NCBI GenBank assembly: GCA_947643595.1
Contig: CANRWP010000013.1
Location: forward strand, 263-64,262
From: an uncultured bacterium
GTDB taxonomy: Bacteria; Bacillota; Clostridia; Lachnospirales; Lachnospiraceae
Length of the DNA: 64,000 bases
Reading direction: 5' to 3'
The translations under genes were made by a program, and so were the position numbers. Below the pieces are notes generated by a model that ran no database searches, was not told the origin of the DNA, and saw only the letters and a list, made by a program, of their open reading frames with translations. Shown piece after piece: positions 17,161-27,686 of this stretch; position 1 is the stretch's first letter; the number at the start of each line of letters is the position of its first letter.

Positions 17161-18284
17161 TACTTTGTACCTCCTTCGCTCTTAGCCTTTTTCTTTCCCG
17201 CATGATCGAGCAGCAGCCTCTTGAACACATGGGCGATGGCGATAAAGAAGACGATCGTTCCCATGATGATGTTGACGATCTCCGCCGGCGCGTTCACAAG
17301 CGACAGTTTCGTGCCGCCGTACTTCATGGCTCCGTAGAACAGTCCCGCAAAGATACAGCCGATCGGGTTTGTGGAGCCGATCAGCGCTACCGTGATCCCC
17401 TGGAAACCGAAGCCCTCCTGGGAGGAGAACTGGCTGATGCGCATACCCATTCCCATGAGCTGGCAGGCGCCGCCCATCCCCGCCAGGGCGCCGGAAATTG
17501 ACATTGCCGTCATAATTTCCCTGTTGGAGTTGATGCCGCCGTACTCCGCCGCGTGTCTGTTAAATCCAACTGCCTTCAATTTATAGCCCAATGTCGTCCG
17601 GTTCAGGATAAAGGCGATCACGATAGCCGCGATCACCGCCACAAAAATATTGTAGCTGGCTCCGGAGCCAAGCACATCCTGAAGGGATTCGCTCTTGACT
17701 AACATCATCGCCGACTCCAGAATATCCTTTGTCGCCTCGCCGCCCCCTTCTTTATGGACCGCCGGAATATTTACCACATAGTTGGACAGATAGTAGGCGA
17801 TCCAGTTGAACATGATGAAGGACAGCACCTCATTGATGCCTCTCTTCACCTTTAACACCGCCACGATCATGGACCAGATCCCGCCGGCGACCGCAGCCGC
17901 GATCAGGCACAACGGCACATGGATGATCGCCGGCACCTTCAAAAATACACCGACGATACAGGCCGCCAGCGTACCCACCACATACTGTCCCTCCGCGCCG
18001 ATATTGAACACGCCGGTCTGGAAGGAGAACGCCACGGAGAGCCCGGTCAAAATGATCGGGGACGCATACACGATTGCCCACACGATGAATTTCGGTTTGC
18101 CGAAAACTCCCGTGATCAGCTTTCCGTAGGCCTCGCCCGCGCTGATGCCCGCCGCCTGCAGAAGGATCGCCCCCACGAGAAAGCCCACTGCTATGGAGAT
18201 CAGCGTGTAGAGCAGATTGCCGTGAAGCACTTTTGCACCGAAGGAATTTTTCGTCTTATCTTTTGTATTACTCATGCGCTCCAC
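17160..18284 (-). CDS. Nucleoside ABC transporter permease (NupB-like)
   Basis: GVFNIGAEGQ, hydrophobic. Confidence 0.9.
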   Translation of the reverse strand: MERMSNTKDKTKNSFGAKVLHGNLLYTLISIAVGFLVGAILLQAAGISAGEAYGKLITGVFGKPKFIVWAIVYASPIILTGLSVAFSFQTGVFNIGAEGQYVVGTLAACIVGVFLKVPAIIHVPLCLIAAAVAGGIWSMIVAVLKVKRGINEVLSFIMFNWIAYYLSNYVVNIPAVHKEGGGEATKDILESAMMLVKSESLQDVLGSGASYNIFVAVIAAIVIAFILNRTTLGYKLKAVGFNRHAAEYGGINSNREIMTAMSISGALAGMGGACQLMGMGMRISQFSSQEGFGFQGITVALIGSTNPIGCIFAGLFYGAMKYGGTKLSLVNAPAEIVNIIMGTIVFFIAIAHVFKRLLLDHAGKKKAKSEGGTK

Positions 18285-19812
18285 CTCCTGCCATCATCAG
18301 GCCCAGTTCATTCTCGTTCGCATCCCTGCCCGGCACGCTCCCCACGATCTTTCCGTCGAAGATGACCTTGATCTCGTCGGAAAGGCTCATGATCTCATCC
18401 AGCTCAAAGGACACAAGCAGCACTGCCTTTCCCTTGTTCCGCTGTTCCACCAGATATTTATGTACATACTCGATCGCGCCCACGTCCAGTCCCCTGGTAG
18501 GATTCACCGCGATCAGAAGTTCTGAGTCGTTTGTGATCTCCCTGGCGATGATCACCTTCTGCTGATTGCCGCCGGAGAGTTGCCCCGCGGGTTTTCCCTC
18601 GCTTCCTCTGGGGCGGATATCAAATTTTTCGATCAGCTCCGTCGCCTTCTTCTGGATCGCGTCCCGCTTTAAGATGCCGTGGCTCGAAAACTCTTCCTCC
18701 CCGAAGTTCTGCAGGATCAGGTTGTCCGCCACGGAAAACTGCAGCACCAGCCCGTGCTTCTGTCTGTCGGCGGGAATACTGGTGATCCCGGCCTCAAAGA
18801 TCTCCCTCGGTGTCTTCCCGAACACCTCTTTTCCGTGGATCATCACGGAGCCCTCCGTGCCCTTCCTGAGACCCGTGATGATCTCCACAAGCTCCGTCTG
18901 ACCGTTGCCGTCCACGCCGGCAAGTCCCACGATCTCGCCCTTTCTGACAGTAATGTCAAGTCCTTTCAGGATCTCCACGTTCCGGTAGTCCTTCCCGTGC
19001 AGGTTTTTCACCACAAGGGCGTCCTCCCCTGGTTCCTGCTCCTTCTTATCCACCTTGAACGTGACATCGCGCCCCACCATCATCGCGGCGAGCTGATCCT
19101 CGTTCACCTCCGCCACATTCACGGTCTGGATATACTTGCCCTGGCGGATGATCGTGCAGTAATCCGCGGAAGCCTTGATCTCCTTCAGCTTGTGGGTGAT
19201 CAGGATAACGGACTTCCCGTCCCTTGTCAGATGGCCGATGATCTCGATCAGCTCCCCGATCTCCTGCGGCGTGAGGGATGCCGTCGGCTCGTCCAAAATC
19301 AGGATATCAGCCCCCCTGTACAGCACTTTCAAAATTTCCACCCTCTGCTGCATGCCCACGGAGATATCCTCTATCTTCGCATCCGGATCCACCTGCAGAC
19401 CGTAACGCCCCGACAGCTCTATCACCTGTTCTCTGGCCGATTTCAGATCCACCGTCAGCCCCTTCACCGGCTCCATGCCCAGAATGATATTTTCCGTCAC
19501 CGTGAAGGGCTGTACCAGCATAAAGTGCTGGTGCACCATGCCGATCCCCAGCTCTATCGCCTTCTCCGGCGAGTCGATGGACACCTTATTTCCATTCACC
19601 TCGATATAACCCGACGTCGGATGGTACAATCCGTATAAGACGTTCATCAGCGTAGATTTTCCGGCGCCGTTTTCCCCCAGGATCGCATGCACTTCCCCTT
19701 TGTGGACAGTCAGGTTAATGCCGTCGTTCGCGACAAAATCGCCGAATTTCTTCACGATATCGTGCATGGCGATAACTGTCCTGGAAAGGTCAACATGACT
19801 TTCTCTCCCCAT
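18268..19812 (-). CDS. Nucleoside/sugar ABC ATP-binding protein (tandem domains)
   Basis: GENGAGKST, LSGGNQQK, PTRGLDVGA. Confidence 0.93.
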   Translation of the reverse strand: MGRESHVDLSRTVIAMHDIVKKFGDFVANDGINLTVHKGEVHAILGENGAGKSTLMNVLYGLYHPTSGYIEVNGNKVSIDSPEKAIELGIGMVHQHFMLVQPFTVTENIILGMEPVKGLTVDLKSAREQVIELSGRYGLQVDPDAKIEDISVGMQQRVEILKVLYRGADILILDEPTASLTPQEIGELIEIIGHLTRDGKSVILITHKLKEIKASADYCTIIRQGKYIQTVNVAEVNEDQLAAMMVGRDVTFKVDKKEQEPGEDALVVKNLHGKDYRNVEILKGLDITVRKGEIVGLAGVDGNGQTELVEIITGLRKGTEGSVMIHGKEVFGKTPREIFEAGITSIPADRQKHGLVLQFSVADNLILQNFGEEEFSSHGILKRDAIQKKATELIEKFDIRPRGSEGKPAGQLSGGNQQKVIIAREITNDSELLIAVNPTRGLDVGAIEYVHKYLVEQRNKGKAVLLVSFELDEIMSLSDEIKVIFDGKIVGSVPGRDANENELGLMMAGGGAHE

Positions 19813-19896
19813 GAAATTCTCCTCCTTATTTCAGCTCTTTTGTAAATGCCGTGTCTCTGCTTTGCATCTACTTCCCTACTGAATATCATAACATAA

Positions 19897-19932
19897 GAAA
19901 AAGGTGTAGAAAATCTTTTTCTACACCTTTTC
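19897..19932 (-). terminator. Hairpin after the BMP lipoprotein gene
   Basis: AAAAGGTGTAGAAAA / TTTTCTACACCTTTT inverted repeat. Confidence 0.75.
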
Positions 19933-19966
19933 CATAATTTTTTATTTCAACAACATTTTTCTCAGC

Positions 19967-21097
19967 TTAGTCCAGCTCGTAAGCGTCGCCGTGCGCCGCC
20001 TCAAAGTCTGCCTGAGTCTCGGGAACAACGATCTCGCCGGAGATGATCTTTGCCTTCACATCTTCCACTGCCTTGAGCACATCGTCGGAAAGGTTTGTCG
20101 TCGTGGGCGCGATATCCACACCGCCTGCCGCCAGGTCGTATGTGATAACGCCGCTCTGCAGCGTGCCCTCGCATACGGATTTTACCGCCTCGTAGCTGGC
20201 ATTGTCCACTCTCTTCATAGCGGATGTCAGAATCGTCTCGGGACCATCGCTGCTCTGATCTTTATCTACGCCGATCGCCCAGATTCCCTTCTCCTTACAG
20301 CCCTCGATCACACCCAGGCCTGTCCCGCCTGCCGCGTGGAAGATAACGTCCGCGCCGTCTGTGATCATCGTTGTAGCTGCGGACTTACCGCCCGCCGTAT
20401 CAGCGAAGGAGTTTGCGTTCTGCTGCAGGATCACTGCGTCCGGATTTGCATCCAGAACACCTGCGCAGTAGCCGTAACCGAACTCATGCATTACCGGTGT
20501 GCCCATGCCGAGCACGAAACCTACCTTGTTGCTCTCTGTCGTCAGACCTGCCACATAACCTACCAGGTAGGAAGCCTGAGCCTGTTTGAACATCAGGCAT
20601 GTCACGTTGGGGAGCTCGATGCTCGCGTCATCGATGATAGCGAACTTCTGATCCGGGTTCGCCTCTGCCGCCGCCTTTGTAGCGTCCGCAAGCTGGAAGC
20701 CCACGCTGATGATCAGGTCGTACTCCTCGTCGATAAATGTCTCCAGGTTAGCCTTGTAATCCGCGTCTGTCTTGGACTCCAGATACTGAACCTGAACGCC
20801 CAGCTCGTCCGCCGCTCTCTGCAGGCCTTCCCAGGATGACTGGTTAAAGGAACCGTCATTTACACCGCCCACATCCGTTACCATGCCGACTTTAACCTCG
20901 GAATAATCTGCTGCCGGTGCTTCCGCCGCATCCTCTGCAGGTGCCTCGGCATCCTCCGCGGGAGCTTCCGCGTCTTCCGCCGGTGCCTCTGTCGCTTCAT
21001 CGGCAGGTGCTGCAGGCTCTTCCGCGCTGTTTCCGCATGCCACCATAGCAAATGCCAGTGTGCACGCGAGAAGAACTGAAACTAATTTCTTCTTCAT
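19967..21097 (-). CDS. BMP-family nucleoside-binding lipoprotein
   Basis: Lipobox MVAC, APAEDAE-repeat linker, DGSFNQS, IGVDKDQ, SAMKRVD. Confidence 0.93.
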   Translation of the reverse strand: MKKKLVSVLLACTLAFAMVACGNSAEEPAAPADEATEAPAEDAEAPAEDAEAPAEDAAEAPAADYSEVKVGMVTDVGGVNDGSFNQSSWEGLQRAADELGVQVQYLESKTDADYKANLETFIDEEYDLIISVGFQLADATKAAAEANPDQKFAIIDDASIELPNVTCLMFKQAQASYLVGYVAGLTTESNKVGFVLGMGTPVMHEFGYGYCAGVLDANPDAVILQQNANSFADTAGGKSAATTMITDGADVIFHAAGGTGLGVIEGCKEKGIWAIGVDKDQSSDGPETILTSAMKRVDNASYEAVKSVCEGTLQSGVITYDLAAGGVDIAPTTTNLSDDVLKAVEDVKAKIISGEIVVPETQADFEAAHGDAYELD

Positions 21098-21231
21098 AAT
21101 CTGTATTTCCTCCTGTTTACTTGTTCCCGCCTCTCAGGGCGGGGTGTCAACTTGTAGTTCCTATACAGTATAAGAGATTCTCTCTCCTTTTTCAAGGACT
21201 ACTTTTATTTTTCACAAATTTCCGATATTTT

Positions 21232-21906
21232 TTAGAAAGTCACTTCTCCGTCATGGGCCAGCAGAGATACCGCATGCACGCTCTCCAGCTTATGGATTCC
21301 CTGGATCAGTTTCTTTTCCTCCTTCGCCCTCAGTTCCACCACCATGTCCAGCTGATCCGTGGAAAGACTTCTGGATTTTACCTTGTAATAACTCGCAAGC
21401 CGTTCCACCAATTCCAGTATCTCGTCCTCCGCATCCATGCCGTTCGCATTCACCACAAGGATCTTCGGCGTCTTTGCCACCGGCATCTTGTCCAGCGCAA
21501 ATACCATGATCGTCACAAAAATGCTGACAATGACCGCGATCACATACAGCCTCGCCCCGCAGATGATGCCGATGCTGATGGACCAGAACAGAAATACCAG
21601 GTCCATGGGATCCTTGACCGCCGTGCGGAAACGCACAATGGAAAGGGCGCCCACCATACCCAGCGATACGACTATGCTGGACTGGATCGTCAGGATGACG
21701 CCCGCCGTGATCAACGCCAGGGCCGCCAGGGCAATGTTGAATGATTTGTTGTAGAATGTTTTCCTTGTAAGAACTCTGTAGACACAGAAAATATACAGCG
21801 CCAGCACCGTTGTAATAAACAGCACCATAAATATCTCCTGGGGCCTTACATCCGAGGCGGCAAGCGATTCCAGAAACGAATTCTTTAAAATGTCCTTTGT
21901 GCTCAC
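21232..21906 (-). CDS. DUF4956-family membrane protein
   Basis: SLGMVGALSIVRFRTAVKDP signature; follows a VTC-domain gene. Confidence 0.88.
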   Translation of the reverse strand: MSTKDILKNSFLESLAASDVRPQEIFMVLFITTVLALYIFCVYRVLTRKTFYNKSFNIALAALALITAGVILTIQSSIVVSLGMVGALSIVRFRTAVKDPMDLVFLFWSISIGIICGARLYVIAVIVSIFVTIMVFALDKMPVAKTPKILVVNANGMDAEDEILELVERLASYYKVKSRSLSTDQLDMVVELRAKEEKKLIQGIHKLESVHAVSLLAHDGEVTF

Positions 21907-21933
21907 AGTAAATACTCCTTTTCTTTATATTAT

Positions 21934-22623
21934 TTATAGATGATACTTCCTGCACAGGTAATATTTCGAGAACGCGGTTCTCTGCAGGTTCTCTATCTCA
22001 ATGCTCTTGTAAATATAGTCCGGAAGAAACTCATCGTATTTCACTTCCAGCACATGTATCCCCGTCGGCATGACAGGACGCTTTTTTATCGTTTGGTCAA
22101 AAAAGTGCGTATAGTCAGCCGAAGAGGCGATATTCCGATCAAAAGTCACACGGACATTTCCCAGCGGACACACAAAGACCGTCCGCTCATAATCTACGAT
22201 CACTTTCGCACGAAACTGCCTCGTATTCCATCCCAGCGCGAATTTATTCCAGACCGGCTGCTCTCCTGCATCAAGCACTCCCGCTTCCCCCGAGAGAAGC
22301 TTTTCACAAAGTTCCCTGTCTATCCGGCAGGCATCCTTGCTGGTCATACCGCACACTTTCTTCTTGTTTTCCAGTTCGATCAGATCATCGCTGTTATTGT
22401 AGATCCGGATGCGGAACTTTTCTCTCGGATCCGTCCCGTTCTCGTTCTCATAAAATCCGGTGTCCTCCAAATCGTCAAAATATACGCTTCGGATCCGATA
22501 TTTCCCGTCAAAGTCCGCATGCACATCATAGCGCATAACACCGGAAAGCCTCCCCTTGAGGCAGGCAAGCTGCGCTTCGGAACAAATATATTTAAATTCA
22601 TGACGATATACCTTTTTCTCCAA
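21934..22623 (-). CDS. VTC (polyphosphate polymerase)-domain protein
   Basis: RHEFKY, IRSVYFD, REKFRIRIY, VRVTFD, VLEVKY, FSKY. Confidence 0.9.
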   Translation of the reverse strand: MEKKVYRHEFKYICSEAQLACLKGRLSGVMRYDVHADFDGKYRIRSVYFDDLEDTGFYENENGTDPREKFRIRIYNNSDDLIELENKKKVCGMTSKDACRIDRELCEKLLSGEAGVLDAGEQPVWNKFALGWNTRQFRAKVIVDYERTVFVCPLGNVRVTFDRNIASSADYTHFFDQTIKKRPVMPTGIHVLEVKYDEFLPDYIYKSIEIENLQRTAFSKYYLCRKYHL

Positions 22624-22734
22624 AGCCTCTCCTCTTTTCCGTTCGCTTTATACATAAACACTATTGTATTCTTTTCCACAAGGCTCTGTCAATCGTCAAA
22701 TTCTTAATTTTGTTTAATTATTATAAAATTTTGT

Positions 22735-22836
22735 CTAGTCCTCCAGATACTCCCAGTAATCCTTTTCGGATGCGAACAGAATATACTGTCCTCCCACCCA
22801 GCCCATATAACCTGCAGATGTTGTAAATCCTTTCAT
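22735..22836 (-). CDS. Small protein, 33 aa: MKGFTTSAGYMGWVGGQYILFASEKDYWEYLED
   Basis: Strong RBS AGGAGG 7 nt before the ATG and an upstream extended -10 (TGTTATGCT). Below the ORF-track cutoff. Confidence 0.7.
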   Translation of the reverse strand: MKGFTTSAGYMGWVGGQYILFASEKDYWEYLED

Positions 22837-22927
22837 TTTATGCCCTCCTGTCCCGCATTTCATTCGCTTTGACAGAGAGAGCATAACAAAAGAGCTGTCC
22901 CATAACCGGTACATTTACAGCAGATAT

Positions 22928-25900
22928 TTAAATCAGATATTTCTCCATCTCATCCAGTACATTTTCCGCCAGCAGAAGCAGATTCTCCTCATCCCGCTCC
23001 ACCATACCTCCCTTTCGGTAACGGGTCTCAAAGCAGGGTGTACCCTTGCCGTTAAAGCGCAGTCCCGTCGCGCTGTCCCTGATCAGATCTCCGATCCCTT
23101 CGACCCTGATCCTCGCATCCTGCTTCATCGTAAATCGGAGCATCTCACTCTTACCTTTCACCTCCGTGATATACAGCTTATGCGCCTGCATCCGGATCAT
23201 CGCCACCCGCAGCAGATTGTCCACGGACTTCGGGATCCCGCCAAACCGATCCAGAAGTTCCTCCTTCATATCCTCGCACTCCGCCTGTGTCTCGATTCCC
23301 GCGACCCGTTTATAAATATCCAGTTTCTGATACTCATTCATAATATAGGAAGGGGGAATGTACGCATCCACATCCAGCTCCACTGACGTGTTGAAGGACT
23401 CCTCCGTCTCCTCGCCCTTTAAGCGCCTCACCGCCTCGTTCAGCATTTTACAGTACAGATCGTACCCCACAGCCGCCATATGCCCATGCTGCTGTCTCCC
23501 CAACAGATTTCCGGCGCCGCGGATCTCCAGGTCCCGCATGGCGATCTTAAAGCCGCTGCCCAGATCGGTAAACTCACGGATCGCTGTCAGGCGTTTCTCC
23601 GCCACCTCCCTCAGCACCTTGTCCCTCCGGTACATTAAAAAGGCGTAGGCATTCCGGTTGCTGCGCCCCACCCGGCCCCGCAGCTGATAGAGCTGGGAGA
23701 GCCCCATATTGTCGGAATCGTGGATAATGATCGTGTTGGCATTGGGGATATCCAGCCCGGTCTCTATGATGGTCGTGGAGATCAGCACGTCGATCGCTCC
23801 GCCGATAAAATCAAACATGATCCGCTCCAGCTCGCTCTCCTTCATCTGTCCGTGGGCGAAAGCCACTTCCGCCTCCGGCACGAGGGACTGCACCGCCGCA
23901 GCCACATCCGCTATGCTGTTTACTCTGTTATACAGATAATACACCTGTCCGCCCCTGGATATCTCCCGGACGATCGCCTCCCGCACCATCTCCTCATTGT
24001 ACTCACACACAAAGGTCTGCACCGGCATCCTGTCCCCCGGGGCCTCCTCCAGCACACTCATGTCCCGGATACCGATCAGGCTCATATGCAGGGTCCGCGG
24101 GATCGGCGTCGCAGTCAGCGTCAGCACATCCACCGATTTTCTCAACTTTTTTATTTTCTCCTTGTGGCTCACGCCAAAACGCTGTTCCTCGTCGATGATC
24201 AGCAGCCCCAGATCCTGAAATCCCACATCGGCGGACAGCATCCTGTGGGTGCCGATCACAATATCCACCATCCCCTTTTTCAGATCCTGAATGGTTCTTT
24301 TCTGCTCCGCCGCACTGCGAAATCTGGAGAGAAGAGCGATCTGAACCGGGTAGTCCTTCATCCGCTGTATGAACGTGTTGTAATGCTGCTGTGCCAGTAT
24401 CGTAGTCGGAACCAGAAAGGCAACCTGTTTATTCTCCTGAACCGCCTTGAATGCGGCCCGGATGGCTATCTCCGTCTTTCCGTAACCCACATCGCCGCAG
24501 ATCAGTCTGTCCATGATCCTGCGGCTCTCCATATCCGTCTTTGTCGCCGTGATCGCCGCCAGTTGATCCTCCGTCTCCTCAAACGGAAACAACTCCTCAA
24601 ACTCCTGCTGCCAGGTCGTATCCGGCCCGAACTGGTACCCCTGCTGATTCTGTCTCGCCGCATACAGCTCCACCAGATCCTGCGCCACCTCCTCCACGGC
24701 AGTCCTGGTCTTCGCCCGGGTCTTATTCCACTCCTGGGTCCCAAGTCTGTTCAATTTCGGCTTTTTCGCGTCGGCGGAGGCATACTTCTGGATGACCCCC
24801 AGGTTGGTTGCGAGTACATACAAATTCCCCCCGCCGGCATACTCGATCTTCATATAGTCCTTCACCACATGGTCCATTTCCACCTTCTCGATCCCGCGGT
24901 AAATTCCCATGCCGTGATTTTCATGCACCACAAAATCGCCCACCTTCAGGTCGGCAAAATCCTGGATCTTCTGTCCCTCGTATTTTCTGGTTCGCTTCTT
25001 TCGCTTTTTCTCCGCCCCGAATATATCGCTCTCGGAGATCACGACAAATTTTAACAGCGGATATTCAAAACCTTTCCACACCCGCCCATAGAAAGTCATG
25101 ATCTCGCCGGACTGAATCTCCCGCTCCGGATTCTCCGTGTAGAAAGCGGTCAGCCCGTACACGCCCAGATCCTCCGCCAGTCTCTTCGCCCGGGTGCGGG
25201 ACGCGGAAAGCAAAAGCACCCGATAGCCGTTTTTCTTATACATCCGCAGATCCTTCACCAGGGTCTCAAAACTGTTATTGTAGGGCGATATGCTCTTTGC
25301 GGAAAAGTCATATTTTCTGTCCGGCCGCATAAACGGATTCTTCATATCTAAGGACGCTATCGTCACAACCGGATAGTCCGACATTCTGGCGGCGGTCTCG
25401 CCGCTGCCGTACAGAAGCGTCATCTGACCGGGCAGAAGGTAGCCTTTTTCCAGTCTGTGGGACATGCTCTCCCGAAATTCCAGTTCCACCGCTTTCGCAT
25501 GTTCCTCTATTCTGACCGGCTCATCCAGAAAAATACAGCTTTCATTCCTGTCAAAATTTCCGAGAAAAGAACCCATCTCCTGATAAAAATACCTCACGTA
25601 GGATTCCAGATTGACCTTCGCCTCCAGCTCCAGTACTTCCTCCCGCAGTTCCCCGATCTGTCTGTGCAGCCTTGCCGCCTCCTCGATCTTTCCCTGAGCC
25701 CGCAGCGCCTCCTCCTGCTTTTTTGCCTCCAGCTCTATCAGATGCATCCCTCTGGCCCGTTTATCCTTCGTCAAAATCATCTCCGTGGCCGGATATATAT
25801 CGACGGAGCTGAGCTTTTCAATAGAACGCTGGCTGAGCACATCAAAACTTCGGATGGAATCCACATCCTCCCCCCACAGCTCGATCCGATAGGGATTTTC

Positions 25901-26470
25901 TTCCGTCAGGTCAAAGATGTCCACGATCCCGCCCCGGATGGAAAACTGTCCCGGCACCTCCACCTGATAGGTCTTCTCATACCCCAGCGTCACAAGCTTT
26001 TCCGCCAGCTCTTTTTCCTGTATCTGCCCGGAAGCGCTGATGTGCAAAATATCTTTCTCGATCTGTCCAAGCGGAATCTGAGGCTCCATCAGACAGTCGA
26101 GCGTCGTCACGATCGTCATCGGCACGCCTTCCAGTATCCGCCGCAGCACTTTCCAGCGATCCGTCACAAGCTGGTTGCCGTGAATATCAGCCTGAAAAAA
26201 GATCAGATCCTTCGCGGGGTACATACTGACATTTCTGTCATAAAATTTATAGTCCTCGTAAATTTCCCTCATCCGCTGATCGCTGTAGGTTATGATCAGT
26301 TTATAGCGAAATCCTTCGCTCAGGCCGTATATCATATGCAGTTTCTGGGAATCCACGCACCCGGAGATTCCCAGACAAACGGGCTCCCTTTTCTTCAATC
26401 TGCCCTGTATTTCCTCAAACTCACCCAGCTCCCGCAGGGGCGCTCTCAGTGCTTCCATTCCTTCCCTCAT
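22928..26470 (-). CDS. mfd: Transcription-repair coupling factor
   Basis: CarD/RID region VGDFVVHENHG, GDVGYGKT, DEEQRFG, TRCF C-terminus. Confidence 0.97.
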   Translation of the reverse strand: MREGMEALRAPLRELGEFEEIQGRLKKREPVCLGISGCVDSQKLHMIYGLSEGFRYKLIITYSDQRMREIYEDYKFYDRNVSMYPAKDLIFFQADIHGNQLVTDRWKVLRRILEGVPMTIVTTLDCLMEPQIPLGQIEKDILHISASGQIQEKELAEKLVTLGYEKTYQVEVPGQFSIRGGIVDIFDLTEENPYRIELWGEDVDSIRSFDVLSQRSIEKLSSVDIYPATEMILTKDKRARGMHLIELEAKKQEEALRAQGKIEEAARLHRQIGELREEVLELEAKVNLESYVRYFYQEMGSFLGNFDRNESCIFLDEPVRIEEHAKAVELEFRESMSHRLEKGYLLPGQMTLLYGSGETAARMSDYPVVTIASLDMKNPFMRPDRKYDFSAKSISPYNNSFETLVKDLRMYKKNGYRVLLLSASRTRAKRLAEDLGVYGLTAFYTENPEREIQSGEIMTFYGRVWKGFEYPLLKFVVISESDIFGAEKKRKKRTRKYEGQKIQDFADLKVGDFVVHENHGMGIYRGIEKVEMDHVVKDYMKIEYAGGGNLYVLATNLGVIQKYASADAKKPKLNRLGTQEWNKTRAKTRTAVEEVAQDLVELYAARQNQQGYQFGPDTTWQQEFEELFPFEETEDQLAAITATKTDMESRRIMDRLICGDVGYGKTEIAIRAAFKAVQENKQVAFLVPTTILAQQHYNTFIQRMKDYPVQIALLSRFRSAAEQKRTIQDLKKGMVDIVIGTHRMLSADVGFQDLGLLIIDEEQRFGVSHKEKIKKLRKSVDVLTLTATPIPRTLHMSLIGIRDMSVLEEAPGDRMPVQTFVCEYNEEMVREAIVREISRGGQVYYLYNRVNSIADVAAAVQSLVPEAEVAFAHGQMKESELERIMFDFIGGAIDVLISTTIIETGLDIPNANTIIIHDSDNMGLSQLYQLRGRVGRSNRNAYAFLMYRRDKVLREVAEKRLTAIREFTDLGSGFKIAMRDLEIRGAGNLLGRQQHGHMAAVGYDLYCKMLNEAVRRLKGEETEESFNTSVELDVDAYIPPSYIMNEYQKLDIYKRVAGIETQAECEDMKEELLDRFGGIPKSVDNLLRVAMIRMQAHKLYITEVKGKSEMLRFTMKQDARIRVEGIGDLIRDSATGLRFNGKGTPCFETRYRKGGMVERDEENLLLLAENVLDEMEKYLI

Positions 26471-27063
26471 TCCTGCGCCGGTTTATGCGCCGCAACCTTT
26501 TTTCTGTTATATTTGTTCATCGCCGCGTCGGCCCCTTCCGTCAGCATGGTTTCCAAAGCCTTCACCGCCTCCGTGATGCTTTCGCCGATCTTCTCCCGAT
26601 CCTCCCCGGAAAAGCGCCCCAGCACATAGTCCGCCAGATCCCACTCCTTCGGTTTCTCACCGACTCCCATCCGGATCCGCTGAAACTTTTCCGTCCCCAG
26701 ATGTTCAATAATATTTTTTAACCCGTTGTGCCCGCCGGCGCTTCCCTTCTTCCGGATCCTGATTCCGCCCACTTCCAGCGAGACATCGTCCGAGATAACG
26801 ATCAGTTCCTCCTCCGGGTCTATCTTAAAGTAATCCGTGATCTCCCGCACACTCTCTCCGCTCAGATTCATATACGTCTGCGGCTTTAAAAGGATCACCC
26901 GCTGTCCCTCGATAGCGCCTTTCCCAAACAGCGCTCTGAACCCCCTCTCCCTCACTGCTATACTATATTTCTCCGCGATCGCATCTATCACATCAAAGCC
27001 GATATTGTGCCTTGTATTCTCATACTTTTTCTCCGGATTTCCCAATCCCACAATGCAAAACAT
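26467..27063 (-). CDS. pth: Peptidyl-tRNA hydrolase
   Basis: VGLGNP, TRHNIG, KPQTYMNLSG, GGHNG. Confidence 0.97.
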   Translation of the reverse strand: MFCIVGLGNPEKKYENTRHNIGFDVIDAIAEKYSIAVRERGFRALFGKGAIEGQRVILLKPQTYMNLSGESVREITDYFKIDPEEELIVISDDVSLEVGGIRIRKKGSAGGHNGLKNIIEHLGTEKFQRIRMGVGEKPKEWDLADYVLGRFSGEDREKIGESITEAVKALETMLTEGADAAMNKYNRKKVAAHKPAQE

Positions 27064-27154
27064 CTTTCCGCGTCCTCTTCCTTCCCTGTACTTTTTCCCA
27101 AGTCCCCACTATTCTATCAAACCATCCCACATTCCACAAGCAAATTCTTTCGAT

Positions 27155-27231
27155 GGCTTCCCCCCAGCGATCGCTTCGCTGCACCACGCAGGGGCACCGA
27201 TAGCGAAAAAATCGCTGATAGGGGAATGGCC
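27155..27231. repeat. Nested imperfect palindrome (REP/MITE-like hairpin)
   Basis: Nested pairs TTCCCC/GGGGAA, CAGCGAT/ATCGCTG and TTCGCT/AGCGAA. Confidence 0.45.
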
Positions 27232-27257
27232 CTAAAGCAATTTTTCCGGACATGCAA

Positions 27258-27287
27258 AGAAAGCCGCAAAAATGCGGCTTTCTTTTC
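27258..27287. terminator. Terminator after spoVG
   Basis: AAGAAAGCCGCA-AAAA-TGCGGCTTTCTT. Confidence 0.8.
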
Positions 27288-27335
27288 CAATTCATTTACA
27301 TTGTAGTGGATTTCCTTATGTCAATTCCTCTTGGA

Positions 27336-27620
27336 TTATTCTGTCATCTCTTCAAAGTCTGGCTCCAGCAGTGCTTTCTCATATCCCTCTAAAATAATGG
27401 ATTGGATCTTCTCTCTTGTCTCAGAGTTAATGGGATGCGCGATGTCTCTATACTCGCCATCTGTCGATTTTTTACTTGGCATAGCGATGAACAGTCCCTT
27501 TTCGCCCTCGATAATCTTGATGTCGTGAATCGCAAATTCGTCGTCCAGGGTGATAGAAACAACTGCCTTCATCCTACCCTCTTTTGTGATCTTTCGTACT
27601 CTTACATCTGTTATCTGCAT
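27336..27620 (-). CDS. spoVG: SpoVG
   Basis: [25 protein letters not shown]. Confidence 0.96.
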   Translation of the reverse strand: MQITDVRVRKITKEGRMKAVVSITLDDEFAIHDIKIIEGEKGLFIAMPSKKSTDGEYRDIAHPINSETREKIQSIILEGYEKALLEPDFEEMTE

Positions 27621-27686
27621 AGCCTCGACCCCTTTTCTTATTTGTGACATTCCCCAAGGGCTTTTGGTTTCGTCACAGGACCTTAT

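Noticed and set aside
20915-21020. 21-bp degenerate repeats in the BMP gene
   Set aside because: Ordinary APAEDAE flexible linker after a lipobox.
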